From assembly GCF_025526975.1 (NCBI RefSeq), contig NW_026515684.1, forward strand, positions 372,001 to 436,000: a stretch of 64,000 bases of DNA, given 5' to 3'. This DNA is from Fimicolochytrium jonesii (Eukaryota). Shown in pieces: positions 26,401 to 42,870 of the stretch. Both the position numbers and the translations under genes were made by a program. The first letter of the stretch is position 1. Each line of letters starts with the position of its first letter. The notes under the pieces were generated by a model. The model saw nothing but the letters and a program-made list of their open reading frames with translations. It did not search any database and was not told where the DNA came from.

Positions 26401-27738
26401 AACTAGATCCGCAGGGTCAGTTAGAGAAGGACTACCCTGATAGATATGGGAAGAATGGCTTACTCGGTGTAGCTGTCCTTCACGCTCATCAAACAGTAGA
26501 GCTGCACATGAGGGTATTCGCCAGCCCGCTTCAATTCTGATGGCCAGACGTTGTCGGTCCAGTCCAGATCCCGTACGACGCGCGGTCGTTTCACTTGCTC
26601 AGCTAGAGGCGTCTGGCTGATCTCCAGACTGATGACCTAGAATGATAACAGTAAATTTATTATTCTGGAAAAATTGGATTTCACCTCAGAACGCACATTC
26701 ATGATCCTCTTTCTCTTCTCGGGCGGCTGATGGAAGTACTTGGCCCATTCGTCCAAGGTCATGATCCGCTCAGACTGCGTGGAAACCTCGATAGCGTCCA
26801 CTTTCCGGTCCCTGCCACACATGTCCGCAACTTGATCCACCTGACAATTTATAGAGTCTCAGCGTTCCGGCTAGGATCCCATGGAGGGCCGCATACTTCA
26901 TCTTCCGCCAAGCACTCACAATCAAGTCCTTGGACGGCATCGCCATGTCCAGACCCTCCGGGGTTGTGACCAGTACCGGCTCCCTGAACCCCGACTTTCG
27001 TAACCACTCCAACGTCAATTCATCTCCCCGAACCCTTTGAAAGCTCTCCTGTCGAAATGTCCGCGCCTGCAAGGTTTTTGTAAATCGATCCTCCTCGACA
27101 GCTGCCCCGCCTTCGTTCAACTCGTTGTAGTTTATCTGAGTCTTATCGCGCTTGGACTTCCGAGTAGGTTCTTTGACTGAGTCCGCGATCAAAGGTGCGA
27201 TTAGACGCAAGTACGGGACCATTCGAATTTCACACAAAAGGCCATCATCACTTACATACACTTTTGCCAAATTTCGGTTGACACTACAAATAAACGATCA
27301 GTGGAAGTTCAAGAGAAGACACGATTTTGTGGGATGCGACGATACCTCTCGGCAGTAGAACTTTGATAGATATTGCGTATCTGAGCGGATCGGGCGGAAG
27401 TCAGCCAAACTACTTGCTGCATATACTGCGCGTCATCCCCTTTAAGATCGTCTGTCGAGACTGACCTTCTTCGACCATTGAAGGGTCAATACATCTTCCA
27501 TGGTACCAATTTGCACAGCCATCGCACCTAGATGTCGAGTAACGAGGAAACAATGAGACTCCTGCTCGTTGTTTATTGTGCTATTGCTTGTTGAAGGTTC
27601 CCAGGAGATAACTTACTCGATCATGAACTCTCCATCATTGCCCTCAGATAAACAGTAGCAATAGAGCTTCTTCTCTTGTTTCTTTGGCGAAACCGGGCCC
27701 TTGACCTCTTCCGAAACGGCACTGATCGTTGCTGCCAT
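23445..27738 (-). CDS. PHD-finger plus JmjC histone demethylase (Jhd1/KDM2/KDM7-like) with a long low-complexity Q/P-rich C-terminus, spliced
   Basis: LYCYC..FMIE|CDGCANWYHGRC PHD finger. VQLYCLMSVKDSYTD|FHIDFGGSSVFYH..GEKVFYFIPPT and [32 protein letters not shown] JmjC motifs. Confidence 0.93.
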
Positions 27739-28103
27739 TCTGTCTACTTTCCCCGGCCGCCGGTCAAACTCAAGTTCGGCGCGGGAAGGTTCGGACGTTT
27801 GCGTTTTGGGACTATGTAGAAAAGACGAACAGTGTAGCAGAGCGTGGGACCCTGGCCTTCTCCTAGCAAGCCGTGCTTCTCTCTCGGCCGTCTCTACAGT
27901 ATAATATATGGGTGTTCTGTGTGGGTCAAAGCGTTTGCAGAGAGTCACTGATCAGAGACCCAGAAGCGCAGTTCAGCCAAAAGCTTCCCAAAAGAGTCAA
28001 GACACGTCCCGCAAGATGCTCCGAGCGCATCCCGAAATTCGGTCATCACCCTCAATTCTCTCCGTCTTCTTGTCGTCCCTGACCAACGGCAGGACGCCTC
28101 CTA

Positions 28104-28790
28104 GTGCCCGCTTCAACGACGATCCTCGGAATCAGAAACAAGCAAACAGCATGGTGGGTCCTTGGCATCTTGGCTGTCGCTATAGTCATGTGGGGCCGAA
28201 CAAGTAGTACGAACAGCAGCAACAAGAAGAACACCAACAGCAGCAATGGTGAAGAGCACATAGAGCATATTCATGGTGTCCAGGCCAGCAGTTTGCATAG
28301 GTGAGTTTGGCTCCACTGGAGTTCAAGTAGTATCAACGCAATGCCATTATCTCTCGACATAAATTGGGATAAGGATGCACGTCGACGTCAAGCAAAGTAC
28401 TGTGAAACCTTCAAGAATACGGTTACATCGCCGCCCGTCTATTGGGTTATCACCAACAGCCCAAACATTCCTGCCGGCGCTATCAGAGGTGGCCAGAGCC
28501 GACGGTACTCCCTTGTAACATAGCTCTGCGCACACGAAAATTCCATCCAGATCGGCAAAGCGTCGCCTGCGTTGCGTGATGGCGCTCTTGTCGCGTTTGG
28601 AGGTAGCGCATCTTGGCTTTCGACCATTTGCTATGTTGGTGGCAAAATACTATTCACGGCTGGTGTTTAAAGGCCTTCGTATGAAGTCGCCTACTTCCCC
28701 GAAGCTAAGCTCGCTGGAAACTTGTCCGCGTTCCGCACGCAGGCAATACTCGAAGAGACGTCTTCCCTTCCTGTCCTTAGTCACATGCTG
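28104..28790 (+). pseudogene. DM9-repeat (DUF3421)-like protein with an N-terminal hydrophobic segment, apparently frameshifted
   Basis: VYWV..NIPAGAIRGGQ, then ADGTPL in a shifted frame with a stop, then HENSIQIGKASPALRDGALVAFGG and YEV. This fits a DM9 repeat only with indels. The start codon is uncertain. Confidence 0.55.
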
Positions 28791-29433
28791 TGATCCTGTT
28801 GCAAGCACCGTTTCAACGTCAGGAATGAACCTCCCTAACACTCCTCCCAATGTACAGTACACTCAAGCTCGCCCCGATCCCTCTTCTCTCACATGAGCGC
28901 CGGACAGACGACGACGATGTCGCCGTCAATTCGTAGCTACGCGCTGTCAATACGCTAACGTAAGCCTCGAAATGACCTACTCCGCTACGATTTTCGCTGT
29001 CACTGTCAATTTTGTTCTATTCTGCGCAGGCTGCATTCCCACTGGACATGAACAACCAAAAGAACATTTTTTCAGAATCCATTCTTAAACACTCAAGTGG
29101 TCCATTACCGATTTTTGGCTCGTGGCCGTCTATAAAAGAGGGGAAAAACAAAGCACCCCTAACCCAAGGGGGAAAGAGGTGCAACCCACCCACACAAATA
29201 AGAGTGCGAGTACACTTCAAAAACCCAACACAAAAACACACCACATAACGAAAAAACCATACACGCTAACTAGAAAGCACAAAAAATGGTAGCGGTCGGG
29301 CACGCGTGCGACTGCGCTAAACCCGAGAGGGGATATAAGGGGAAGGTATAGGGGTAGCCAAAAGCTGGGAATGTCCGTGTGTATCATATAGGAGGGGTAC
29401 GTCCAAGACCCTTTGTCGTCCAAAGAGGTAGAA

Positions 29434-31450
29434 TTACAAGAAGGGCTGTGTGGTGGGCAGGCAGGGAGGATTGTTAGCAATCGGGCTCAATATGTTAAGA
29501 AATGAAGAGAGCGAAGAGTGGATGACACGTACATTGCGATCAGGCCCCTTGAAAAGGGCCGTACTGCACCCACGATTCAAAGCCGCGAGCAGTTGCACGC
29601 TATCCGGCGACGCAGCCATATCGGCGCCTTTGATCCACGTCATCGACACAGGGCGCATCAGACGGTTCCTCCTGCTTGCAGCCGCAAGCGACGTGTGGTG
29701 AGGCACGTCCACCGCCTGGGTTACGGCGATTGTGGCCAACGCTGCTGGAGATGTGCGCGAGCGAGTGGGAGAGGGCGTCTTGAGACCCATAGGGGATGTT
29801 GCTGATGCCGAGGATATTGACGGCGGAGAGCAGGAAAGATCGGCGTCCACCATCATCTGCCGCAACTTGCCGCCGCCTTCGCTCATAGCGCCCGGCGCAA
29901 AGATGTCAAAGGACGGTGGGGAGCAGACCTTGATGATGGGGACGGTGGAGGAGCGGGTGTATCGTGGACGTGCGCCGGCACCACAGCGGCGTGCTGTCGG
30001 AGATCGTTGGTGGGCGTCGACATCGTCATCATCTTCCATCGCGTCGTCTTCGGATACTTCTTGCTCTTCGTTGACCAGAGAGACACAATCTTCCTCGGTG
30101 CTGTTCTCGCGTGACCGACGAACGTCGCTTGGCGGCTTCTTGTCGACGCAGAAGTCCAGCGGGCCGTTCGCGGTCTGTGCACGCACAAACGGCCGTGGAC
30201 GCGGGATGCCAGAGACTGTAGAGACGGATACTGCGATTGGTTTCTTGAACTGCCATGACGACATAGACGACAAGGCCGAAATATTCAGCCGCGACCGGTT
30301 GTTTGCCGTCGGTTTGGGAAGGGCAGTAGGCTTGGTGAAGACGGATGCAGTGGCGGTAGGAAGAGCCGTGGCAGGTTCAGGTGCGGAGGGTTCTGCGACG
30401 ACGGTCTTGGATTCAATGACGACGACATCCATGGCCGACGCCCTTGATGCGATGCGCGACACCTTCTGCTCGGTCCGTTGCACCGCGGGAGTGCTGCAGA
30501 GGTCGTTGCTCTTGCGCTTGTGGCGGATCAGGCGTGGTTTCGTGACAGCGAAATCCAACGTTCCCGGGTTATTGACGCGCTTTGCGGTCAGGTTCGCGAG
30601 GACATTGACGGGTTTCGGGGCTAATGCGGAGGATGAAAGACCTGCCGGAGTAGGGCTGAAAAACTGTAACAGAACAACATCACGTCGGTCCAGTCAGCAA
30701 CTCGTCTTCTAACATCTCCTCAGCCAAGCGAAACACCAAGCTTACTGTTGTTATTTTACGATTGTTCCCATCATCCAGCGGCTTCCGAGAACGACGAACG
30801 GCATACGGACCTTTCCTGGAACTTTCCTTTGGCGGCGACACATCCTCGCTCGCCGCAACGTTATGCAACGCAGCGAGCGCGTTCACCGATGGGGGCATCG
30901 TGGTCGCGTCGTCCATATCCCACAACCCTTCCTCCGACTCGGTGAGTTTGGAACACGACAGTTTGAAAGCGACATTCTCCAAGATGCCGTCGACGGGACC
31001 TTGCTGGACGGGCAACGACGCGTCGGGAGACGGTACTTCGGAAGGCGGGAACGCCGGGCGGGCTTCGGACTCGTCGTCGGGAGAGGCGGGCGAGCGGTAG
31101 CGGTGGTTGTTCGTCGTCGTGTTTGGGGGTGCTTGTTGAAATGGGGTACGTGTTTCGGCTGCGTGATACTGCTGTTGCTGCGTGTGGTGTTGCGAGACAG
31201 GTGTGGAGACCGACTTGTGCAGAGGCTGTTGCTGCTCGTGGACGAACGCGGGCCTGGTATATACTATCGTTGGCCGATTGAAGAAGGCGGCAAAGACAGA
31301 GGGGGTATCTTGTGTCGGTTGGGATGCTGCGTGCGTGGTATTGGTGGTTGTGGAGGATGCAGAGTCGACATACGGTTGCTTAGAGTGCGGTTCGGCCGAG
31401 CTTGCGAGTGGTCGGGACCAAGCTACCTCGTCAATATCCATGGCCATCAT
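29434..31450 (-). CDS. Hypothetical intrinsically disordered S/P/T-rich protein, spliced
   Basis: Long ORFs 30680-31636 and 29434-30558 join in frame through a gtaagc..ttacag intron (~30664-30744). Starts MMAMDIDE. No globular domain recognised. Confidence 0.7.
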
Positions 31451-33069
31451 CTTTGAGCGGGTATGCTCAGTGGTATGGCGGGAGGAGGTGTTCCAAGAGC
31501 GTCCGACGAAGCGAGGACTAGACCCAGAATGAAGCAAGCGCGTGCGGAATGCGAAAACGGATATAAGACTAACGAAAGTGGGCAAAGGAATGGCCCATGC
31601 GTGTGTGGTACAGGTGTGAAGGTATGAAGCGACCAAGCTTAACCTAATGAGCGTGCAACAAGCTAAGAGGCCCCAGCACCAAAAGTCGTCACGCCGTCGT
31701 CACTTTCGCTGTTGCCAATTGCAGGGCACATAGAAAGGAGGTCCGGGGTGAGGGAAGGAAGTGAATTGCACACTGCTGTTGAGGTTGCGCGGTGAAAGAG
31801 GTATGCAATGCGCAGAGCTACTGGGGGGAGGGACTCTGCAAAAGAGGGGTGAGGAGGTGTGAAGTGCAGGGTTCGTTGTCCGAAAGAAGTGCGAGAAGTG
31901 CTTAGAGCTCTGTCCGTTAGCAGTGCAAAAGGAACGGCGCGAAGTACAGCAGGAAGGCCGGGGGTTTCGCTGTAGAAGCAAGAGAAGCGTCCGAAAAGTC
32001 CGTATTCGGTCGGAGGGGGACGCAGTATTGCCTGCCCATGAACGCATGCGTGCTGCTAACGTAACAGGCAGCAAAGCATCTTCGCGCAGGGACGGGATTC
32101 ACGGGAAGGGCGAGTAAGTAAGGTATATAAGTAGCCGGTAAGGTACTTATGTATGTTCCTCCGGCGTGCAAAGTGAAAAGTGCGCTGGGGTCTTCTGGTG
32201 TCTGGAAGGGTTCAAATTCCGTCTCATTGACGGCAGGAGAGATATAGATATGCAGTAGTAACTTAAATATGTCCTTTACCAACCTTGGGTAACCCGTGGG
32301 TGGGTGGTGGTCTGGGTGGTGGTGACGCTCCCCGAACGCGATGCGGTGTTCCGAGGACATGACATGATATGACACCCGGCGGCGGAGTCTGAGAAGAGTG
32401 ACGGGACAGGACGCAAAGGAGGTCGCGACGCAGGAGGAACTGCATGCATGAATTCAGCGGTGACTGACGGGGTTTTTGACGGGTACAGTGTGACACTGAT
32501 GCCTCTAACACCCCAAGTGTTCCGGCGGCACGAGTACAGTATGATGGCCAGAGAGAACACAAGCTGTGGACAGTCCGGGACATATGAAGAGCCCTCCTTT
32601 CCACACTTCCACACCACACGCGGACGCTCTTAGCAACGATGACCGCACCTCTGTCCAAGGTTGCAACGGAGGTCCAAGCCCTTACATGCGCGACGCGAAC
32701 CCTGCCATCGCTCGCTGCACCTGTGTAGGGTTTGCAGAGCTTCGGCAAATGACCGAAAAAGAGAAGCAGAGAGAGTTCTTCATGCAGGCCGTTCTGACCT
32801 TCGCACCCGACTCCGCAGATACTTAGGTTCTCGTTCTACTTCCTCGCTGTCGAGTGCAAATGCTTTGGAAGTAACCAGGAGGCTGGAGTGTAGTATAGTA
32901 TTGTAGGTTGCATTACAGAAGGGAAATGGATAAGGTGTATAGAATGCGAATGGAAGCGTGGGATTTCTAGTGTGCTAGATAAAACGGGGGTGGCTAGTTG
33001 CGGGGACTAGCCGAAGAGACAAAAGAGGGATGGAGAACAAAGGAGGCCGGATACTTTGGGCATCTGTCT

Positions 33070-36000
33070 CTACTCATCCTCCTCCGGCCGATATCCCTTC
33101 TTAACAAGCTCACCGAGCCTATACCTCGCCGTCGAAAGATCCTTCTCAATCTCCAAAATCTTCACCTTCTGCTCCATCTCCGCCACCTTCAGCTGATGTT
33201 TCGACAACCGGTCGATATCATGCTGCGCGGAAGATTCCGCGCCTCGTTTCGCGGCCTCTTTGGCGGCTTTGACGAGCAGCTCGGTGGCTTTGCGCACGGC
33301 CACGGCCGCGTCTTCGAGCTTCGTTTGGGTTTTGGAGAAGGGGATGGATTTGACCCGGGACGCGGCCACGAGTTGCGTGGTTGCGACGGAAACTTCTTGA
33401 GCGGCGACGACGAGTTGCTCGTACGAGTGGGTGCCCGAAACGAGACCGTCGGCGCATTCGACGAGGGTGGTGGTAGCGGACGCGACGGCGTGCGCGGCGG
33501 AGATGAGACCCTCAGTCCATTTGTTGTTCTTTTTGTAGAACTGGCCGCTAGTGGTTGACCCGCGCCCGTGGGCGACAATCTCCTGCTGCGTCTCGGTCGC
33601 GCGCTGGATGAGCATCGCGATGGCTGAGGTGATGGCCATCGCGGCCTGCAAGATTGCGGAATGCACGTCGAGGTCTTTGCCCTCGCGCTTTTTGTTGAAC
33701 AACGCCTCCAACCGCTTGGCGGCGTCCTCGATGGCCTGCGCAGCGGATTTCATCGATTTCTCAACCTCGTCTTCCAGGTTGGCTTTCGCTTCGTCGATTT
33801 TGTTGACGACTAGGCGTTCGATGAGGCCGGACATGCGGCCGAGCTGATGTTGAGTTTCTTTGGAGAGGCTAAGGATGTGTTCGGGACGGTGGCTGGCGTC
33901 GATTGTGTCGAGCGAGACGGACTTGACCTGATCGAAGAAGAGACGACCGCCGAGCGCGCCGAGCTTGACGGTGCGCACGATTTCTTCGATTTGGTCATCT
34001 TCTGCCGCTAGACGGGTGACACCTTTGGCGTTGTGCAGGAGTTGGCTCACGGAATGGGCAAAGCTGGTGGACGACGCGATGGCTTCTTTGTGGTCGCCAG
34101 TCTAGACGAGATTACCCGCGTCAGACGATACCGTTATTACCCGGCCACCGCGTAGCCTCCACCCTAGTCATACCTGCACCAGCTTCACAAAACTCGTTCC
34201 AAAATCATTACACAGCGCCTGACTCTTCTCTAACAGAGACAACACATACTCCGGCGACGCAGTCTGATTGCCCATGTTGGCCGGACTGTCCATCTCGTAG
34301 ATGGCTTCATCCACAGTGGAGATGCAGGATTGAAGAAGGTTATCTGAATGGAGCCAAGTTCAGGAGGTTCAGCATTGCGGGTCCACCTCCAGTGGGGAGA
34401 AATTCCTTTTCGAAAGTGAAGAGCACATACCCATCATGCTGTTGAGCTGCCGTAAGTGGTCTGATTTCACCGATCCTAGCTGCGACAGTGCTTGGTCGCG
34501 CTCCCTTTGCGCGTCTTGTGCGGCCTTCATTCAAGAAAGGAGCGATAAGGATCTGAACCTTCCAGGAAAGGCCCATTGATGGCCCAGATGTTGGTCAGTA
34601 ACTCACCTTTTGCTGTGCTGCCAAAGCGAGCAACGTCTGGTCGAGACCGGTGCTAAGGACAGCGGACTCTTCTTCCTGGTTCTGTTCGACCACGGGAAGA
34701 TTTTAAAGTCCGCGTTGAACAATCATTACCACCGTTTGGCAGACTTACCGCTCTGTATCGTTGCAAATCCGCTGAAGCATTTTCCAATTGGCGTCGCAAA
34801 TCGTCCAATTGCTGGTTCTTAGACTAATAAAGGAACAAAGTTCGGAATACAAGAACAGCGAGTCAGTTTCCCACCTTACGCAGCTTTGTCGAACCAGAAC
34901 CAGCCACCATAATGATTCCCTATATACCTTGTTCAACTCCTCCAACTCCGCCTTCTCAGCCTCAAACCTCGCAACAATATTCTGCATCTCCGCGCCTTTC
35001 GACGTGGACATATCTTTCAATGACGCCTTGGCATCGTCCAGATCCCGCCGCAGGCGGTGCATCTCTTCCTCGTATTGGCCACGGACGCGGTCAACTTCGC
35101 CTTTCAAGCGGTCGCGCTCGATAAGGAGTTCCGTCATTTCGTTGGACTTGGTCTGTAATCGAATTATTGGGTATGCGTGTTTAGCTCTCGAGCGGAATTA
35201 CGACGGCCGAAACACATCACAGCTCACCTTCTGGTCCGCCTTGGCCTTCTCAACATCCTTCCTCGCCTGCTCGGTCTGCCGATTGGCCGTATCCCGCACA
35301 TCCTTGAACTTGGTCAGCAAGTCCAGGTGCTCCTTCCGAAGCTGGGCGTAAAGTTTCGCCAGGGCTTCGTATTTCTGCTTCCACTGCGCAAGCTCGTCTT
35401 GTAAACGCCGCAGGAGGTCGTCTTTTGCGTGGTCCATGTCACGGTTGCCGACTGAGAGTTGAGAGAGTTGTTGTTCTAGAGCTTTGACTTTCTGAAATTT
35501 GCTGATGATTCAGTTTCCGATCGAGTATACGGGACGACGTGCATGTGTACCTTACCATGTCGTACTGATGCAGCAGTTCTTTGTCCCGGAAGGACTGATT
35601 TTTGTACTGGTCCAACTCATTCGCGGCATTCAGCATCCTTTGCTGCTGGAGTTGGTTCTCCATGTACAGGTTAGCAGCGCTAGCCTGCTGCTGCATCCGC
35701 TGTCTTTCTTCCTCCATCCTCCTACGCTCAGCCTCCTGCTGTCTCAGGAACTCTTCATGGGCTCTCCTTTGCATGTCTTCCTGCTGCTGCTGCTGTTGCT
35801 GTTGCAGCAGCATTTGCCTTTGCCTCGCATCCTCCAGCTCCCTCTCAGCCATTATACGCTGCTGTTCTCGCTCCTGTTCCTCCATCAGCTCCTTTGCGAG
35901 ACGGTCCTGCTCTCGATTGAAGCGGTCAATCTCCGATTGTTGCTTGTCGGGACTTTCGGACCGAGGAGGGCGGGTTGGCGGACCTTGCGCGAGGAAGTCT

Positions 36001-36902
36001 GGTGGATCTTGTGGGAGTCGTGGGACCGTGATGAGGGATGTTAGGTACTTCAGCGTAGAGCATTCGTGGTAGAATTTGAAAAGGGCGAAATGTCCGGCTT
36101 TGAATTTGTCGCGGAGAGGGGCCAAGACTTCCACGGACCCCATGATTTGATGCATCGCCGTCAACATGGTAACCAAAAACTGGTAGATACCGTAACTTTC
36201 CTCCACAAGTGGCACCAAAGCAGCAATACGGGCCTCGTTGTTTGATGTTGGACGGAAGTTGACAAAGATGAGCTTCTGGAGAGAATCCAGCTTATCGAGC
36301 AAGATGAGCAGATCGTTGATGGTTTCGAATCCTTCGTTGGGGTCCTCAACTCCCTTCAGTGTGACGTATTCCTCATAATCAAAGTTTCCCCTGAACTCTG
36401 GGTGAAGCCTGTGATATTCGAGTTTTGCGAGGAGGAACTGGACGTATGCGCGGATAAGAACCCCGTAGCCCCTGTGGGTGTTGGGATGTACTCCACGAGC
36501 AAGGTTCTCGAACCAGGAGCTTTGTGAGATTGCGTCTTTGAGGACCTTGGGGTGACCCTCGCGCATGACCTTATGGACGGTGAGTAAGGCTTTGAAGGTG
36601 ACCAACTCGTCGCCGAGGACGGGATAGGTTTGGACGGCCATCCAAAAGCTTCCAGACGACTTGATGTCCCAGGTGTAGACGATGCAAGCGCGGACGTGCT
36701 TTTGCTTTGGGGCGGTCTCTTCGGGCGAGAGAGCTTTTTTGATATGGAGGGCGAGGTTCTCTTCCATCTTTTCCGTCTGGAAAGTTGGACGGGACGTCGT
36801 GCCGGCGGGCGTTCCGGTGGGGAAGGAACGGGTGGGATAGTTCCCACCCGTCCCGTAGGCCGAGGGGACGTTGTCCTGATAGTAACTAGATCCGTAAGAC
36901 AT
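33070..36902 (-). CDS. SLA2: Sla2/End4/HIP1R endocytic adaptor (ANTH, coiled coil, I/LWEQ), spliced
   Basis: IKKALSPEETAPKQKHVRACIVYTWD, FKALLTVHKVMREGHP, WKQKYEALAKLYAQLRKEH, FYKKNNKWTEGLISAA, QLVAASRVK, EMEQKVKILEIEKDL. Confidence 0.97.
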
Positions 36903-37427
36903 AACTGTTCGATGAGGAGGTTGGAGTGGGTGGGAAGATGGGGGGCTATGAGGATTCTTTCACCACACGATGGGAGAGAACCCCACCCTAGAGTACTCTG
37001 TGACTACGGGAGAGTGGAACAGGACGAGGGACGAGATTCTGTCTCGGCCTGCTGAAGTTGGGTGATGATGGCCGATAAGTCCGTGGGGAAACTGGGTGGT
37101 TTTGAGGTCCAACCAACGTTCCGCCACAGCGAAAATGGCCGTTGATGACGGGAGAAGTCCTTGGCGCAAGGGGCTTCCACTCTTCCAAGCACTCGAGGGA
37201 ACACGTCATCTCTAATTATTTTCATTCGCTTTATGTCGCACTTATGCTCATGGGTGAGTCACGCTCGTGCTGCCTGTCAGTACTGTCACTCGCCCTCGCA
37301 TAAGCAACTCCGAGTAGCAATCTTCTGATTTCCCTGTTGTTCCTCGATTTTGTTCGTTTCGCAATCGTGGCTTTCCTTCTTACAGAGACCCATATTAACA
37401 TTCCCTGCATCAGCATCAGCACCAGAC

Positions 37428-41010
<3,583 letters not shown>

Positions 41011-41227
41011 GTGCAGAGTGCGTAGCGAAGACATGCGGGTAATGTGATGAGTGTATGTGATATTGTGTGTGATATATGAGACGATATTCTGAACGCCGTT
41101 TGTGTGTTTAATGTTTCGGACCTACGCTAGAAGCTTTCACTGCACCATCCAGTTCATGCTCAATCATCCGTACGCAGATCTCGAATAACCAATATGTACA
41201 GCCTCATATTTACATGTAGAATCTAGC

Positions 41228-42488
41228 CTACCCTAGAGGTATCAACGCAGCAACAGCAACCAGCAGCCCAATGCCTACCAAATACACCGACATGTCTTCC
41301 GACAGGTTCGACCAGATCGAGCTGTAATTGCTAACAAAGCCGATGACGAAATCGAGCTTCGGGTTCGAAAAGCCCATGTCGCGGGCCATTTGGAGCATGC
41401 CGGGCATACCCGTTGGGGAGGATAGGGGTGATTTGGTTGCCTGAGAGAAACACAATGATTGAGGTTAGTGTTGACCGTCGATATCAAGGTGTACCAATGG
41501 ATGAACCCACCTGCTTGATGAGATACCCAATACCCTGCAACCCGATCTCGACCGTCAAGAAATTGACCCAAGTCAAGACCCCGCGCTCTGCCGTCACGCC
41601 TGCAAACCCCTCAGCAGTAGCCTTCTGCGTCAAACTGCCTGCCCGCCGCGTCCACACCTTCCACTCTGACAGTCCGACCGTGTCGTCGTAATCTTCCCAG
41701 TATTCCGAAGCGGTGACCAAGTGGAACATAGTGAACAGTGCAAGCAGGAGCATGGAGAGCCGGCGGAAATATCGGAAAGCTGTTTCTACTCGAGTGTTTT
41801 GCACGATTTCTTGTTGATCTAGGCCTCCTGCGGCTACTGCTGCTCCGGCCTCATCACTGCCTGAGTGGATTGATGGTGCAAGGGCACCACTAAATGGCCC
41901 TCCTGCTCCTCCCATAGCCGCCGCCATCCTCCTCTGCAGCTCGGCCATCATCTCCGCTCCCGTTCCGTCTACATCATCCTCCATATCAAATCCACTGAGT
42001 AAAGGTGAAGGGGCGATCGGAGCGGCCACGGAAGGTTGGGTTTGTCGGACAGGGGTGCGTGCTACAGATGGCGATTGCGGCTGTTGGAAAGAGGAAGTTG
42101 ATTGGGTTGCGAGACGTTGACGAAGGTGCGATTCGGCGGGGGACTGGGCGGGGAAATGTTCTGCAGGTCGGATGGTGGGGTTTGACTTGCCTGTGGGGTG
42201 AACATCGGTGAGCGGTCTTCGTAACGTCAAGCCTCACGATGTCTGATTTCGGGACAGATCCTTACCGATAGGAGTGGTAGCAGCAGCGGCATTCTCCTCA
42301 CCGCCTCCGCTTCCTCCTTCGATGGTATTGACATTCCCAGGCACACCCTCGCCCGACCCTGCCTCCTCCGCCGGTTCGACGGTTGTGCCGTTGTAAGTGC
42401 TAGTGAGCTTGTTGAGCCGCTCATTTCCCTTGGCTAAAATCTTTGCCCTGCGAGCTTCCCGACGAGCTGCTGCTGAGTCTGCTGACAT
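41228..42488 (-). CDS. GET complex receptor Get2/CAML-like protein, spliced
   Basis: N-terminal basic motif AARREARRAKILAKGNERLNKLT, a disordered linker, then ~3 C-terminal TM helices (FLTVEIGLQ; EDMSVYLVGIGLLV). Confidence 0.8.
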
Positions 42489-42609
42489 TGTTACTGGTTT
42501 TTAGCGTTGCGGTGTTGCGGCGTAGATCCCGACTTCCCGAGACAGTTTCGAAGAGTTCCCGATTTGAGGGGCCCATTGAATGACGCGACGTCGCGGACCA
42601 CAGCAAACC

Positions 42610-42778
42610 TGTCATGGAATTAGGGTTAAGGGTGCGTTAGGGGATTTGGGTTAAGGGGAGAACCCGAACCCTAACCCACAAGCCCACTGTACGTTTTAAC
42701 CCACAAGGACTTGTGAACTTAGGCTTGTGGGTTATGGGTTACCCATACTGCCCTAACCCTAACCCCAGTCCCATGACA
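42610..42778. mobile_element. 169-bp foldback, MITE-like element with telomere-like repeats
   Basis: Ends TGTCATGG..CCATGACA. TTAGGG-like units on the left, CCCTAA-like units on the right, and an internal TAACCCACAAGCC / GGCTTGTGGGTTA inverted pair. Flanks AAACC / AAAAC. Confidence 0.7.
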
Positions 42779-42870
42779 AAAACGCTTACCCGGAACTCTA
42801 TACGGTACGTTTGTAGTTTACTCGTTGGAGCCCGCAACTGCCATATAGAGCGCCGACACACCCCCGCAAG

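Noticed and set aside
29732..30712. Long plus-strand ORFs antisense to genes (also 23705-24382, 35499-36072, 32998-33558)
   Set aside because: Shadow ORFs opposite GC-rich real exons.
32195..32225. tRNA T-loop-like GGTTCAAATTCC
   Set aside because: No convincing T-stem, acceptor stem or cloverleaf around it.
34340..34610. Apparently long Sla2 intron that might host an RNA
   Set aside because: It contains a small in-frame coiled-coil exon (AAQDAQRERDQALSQL..) flanked by normal short introns.
35770..35815. CTG/CAG microsatellite
   Set aside because: An ordinary poly-Gln tract within the Sla2 coding sequence.
42610..42778. True chromosome end or simple telomere-fusion scar
   Set aside because: It is internal, short and degenerate, and the same cap recurs at 52838-52994, which fits a dispersed element better.
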